DNA from: Piedraia hortae CBS 480.64
Lineage: Eukaryota
NCBI GenBank assembly: GCA_010093745.1
Contig: MU005996.1
Location: 124,001-154,780, forward strand
DNA length: 30,780 bases
Direction: 5' to 3'
Shown piece after piece: positions 30,739 to 30,780 of this stretch (position 1 is its first letter; each line of letters starts with the position of its first letter). The notes under the pieces are model-generated. The model searched no databases and was not told the DNA's origin. It was given only the letters and a program-made list of their open reading frames with translations. The position numbers and the translations under genes are program-made.

Positions 30739-30780
30739 TTATAATTGTGAGCAGATGTGTACCTGCATACAAATCTCTAC
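30739..30780 (-). repeat. Inverted repeat copy B, inside the putative TF intron; may extend past the window
   Basis: The reverse complement GTAGAGATTTGTATGCAGGTACACATCTGCTCACAATTATAA matches 25810..25855. Confidence 0.9.

Overview
Compact, gene-dense genomic DNA of a filamentous ascomycete, with short (~48-52 nt) GT-AG introns and very small intergenic gaps. From 1 to 19.5 kb: a NACHT-domain NLR gene (runs off the left edge), cytosolic Hsp70 with heat-shock elements, a pyridoxal-reductase-type aldo-keto reductase, an NmrA/isoflavone-reductase-like gene, a DUF1640 (MCUR1/CCDC90-like) mitochondrial gene, a PMC1/PMCA-like P-type ATPase, CRT10, Pol III subunit RPC5, a GGQ mitochondrial rescue factor, an uncharacterised gene and a BTB gene. 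From 19.5 to 28.3 kb: a decayed island with two fossil DNA transposases (hAT, and a probable Mutator-related family), probable pseudogenes and a small membrane ORF. From 28.3 to 30.8 kb: MED6 and a Zn2Cys6 transcription factor (runs off the right edge). The most striking observation is that the ~1095-codon P-type ATPase ORF is intact but has lost the phosphoacceptor Asp, TGES, PEGL, DPxR, GDGxND and the M6 Ca2+ ligands, making it a candidate catalytically dead pseudo-pump. Also notable: a similarly degenerate NmrA-like protein, a ~42-46 bp inverted repeat whose second copy sits in the TF intron, and operon-like gene packing. All family calls are from manual motif recognition; no database searches were run.
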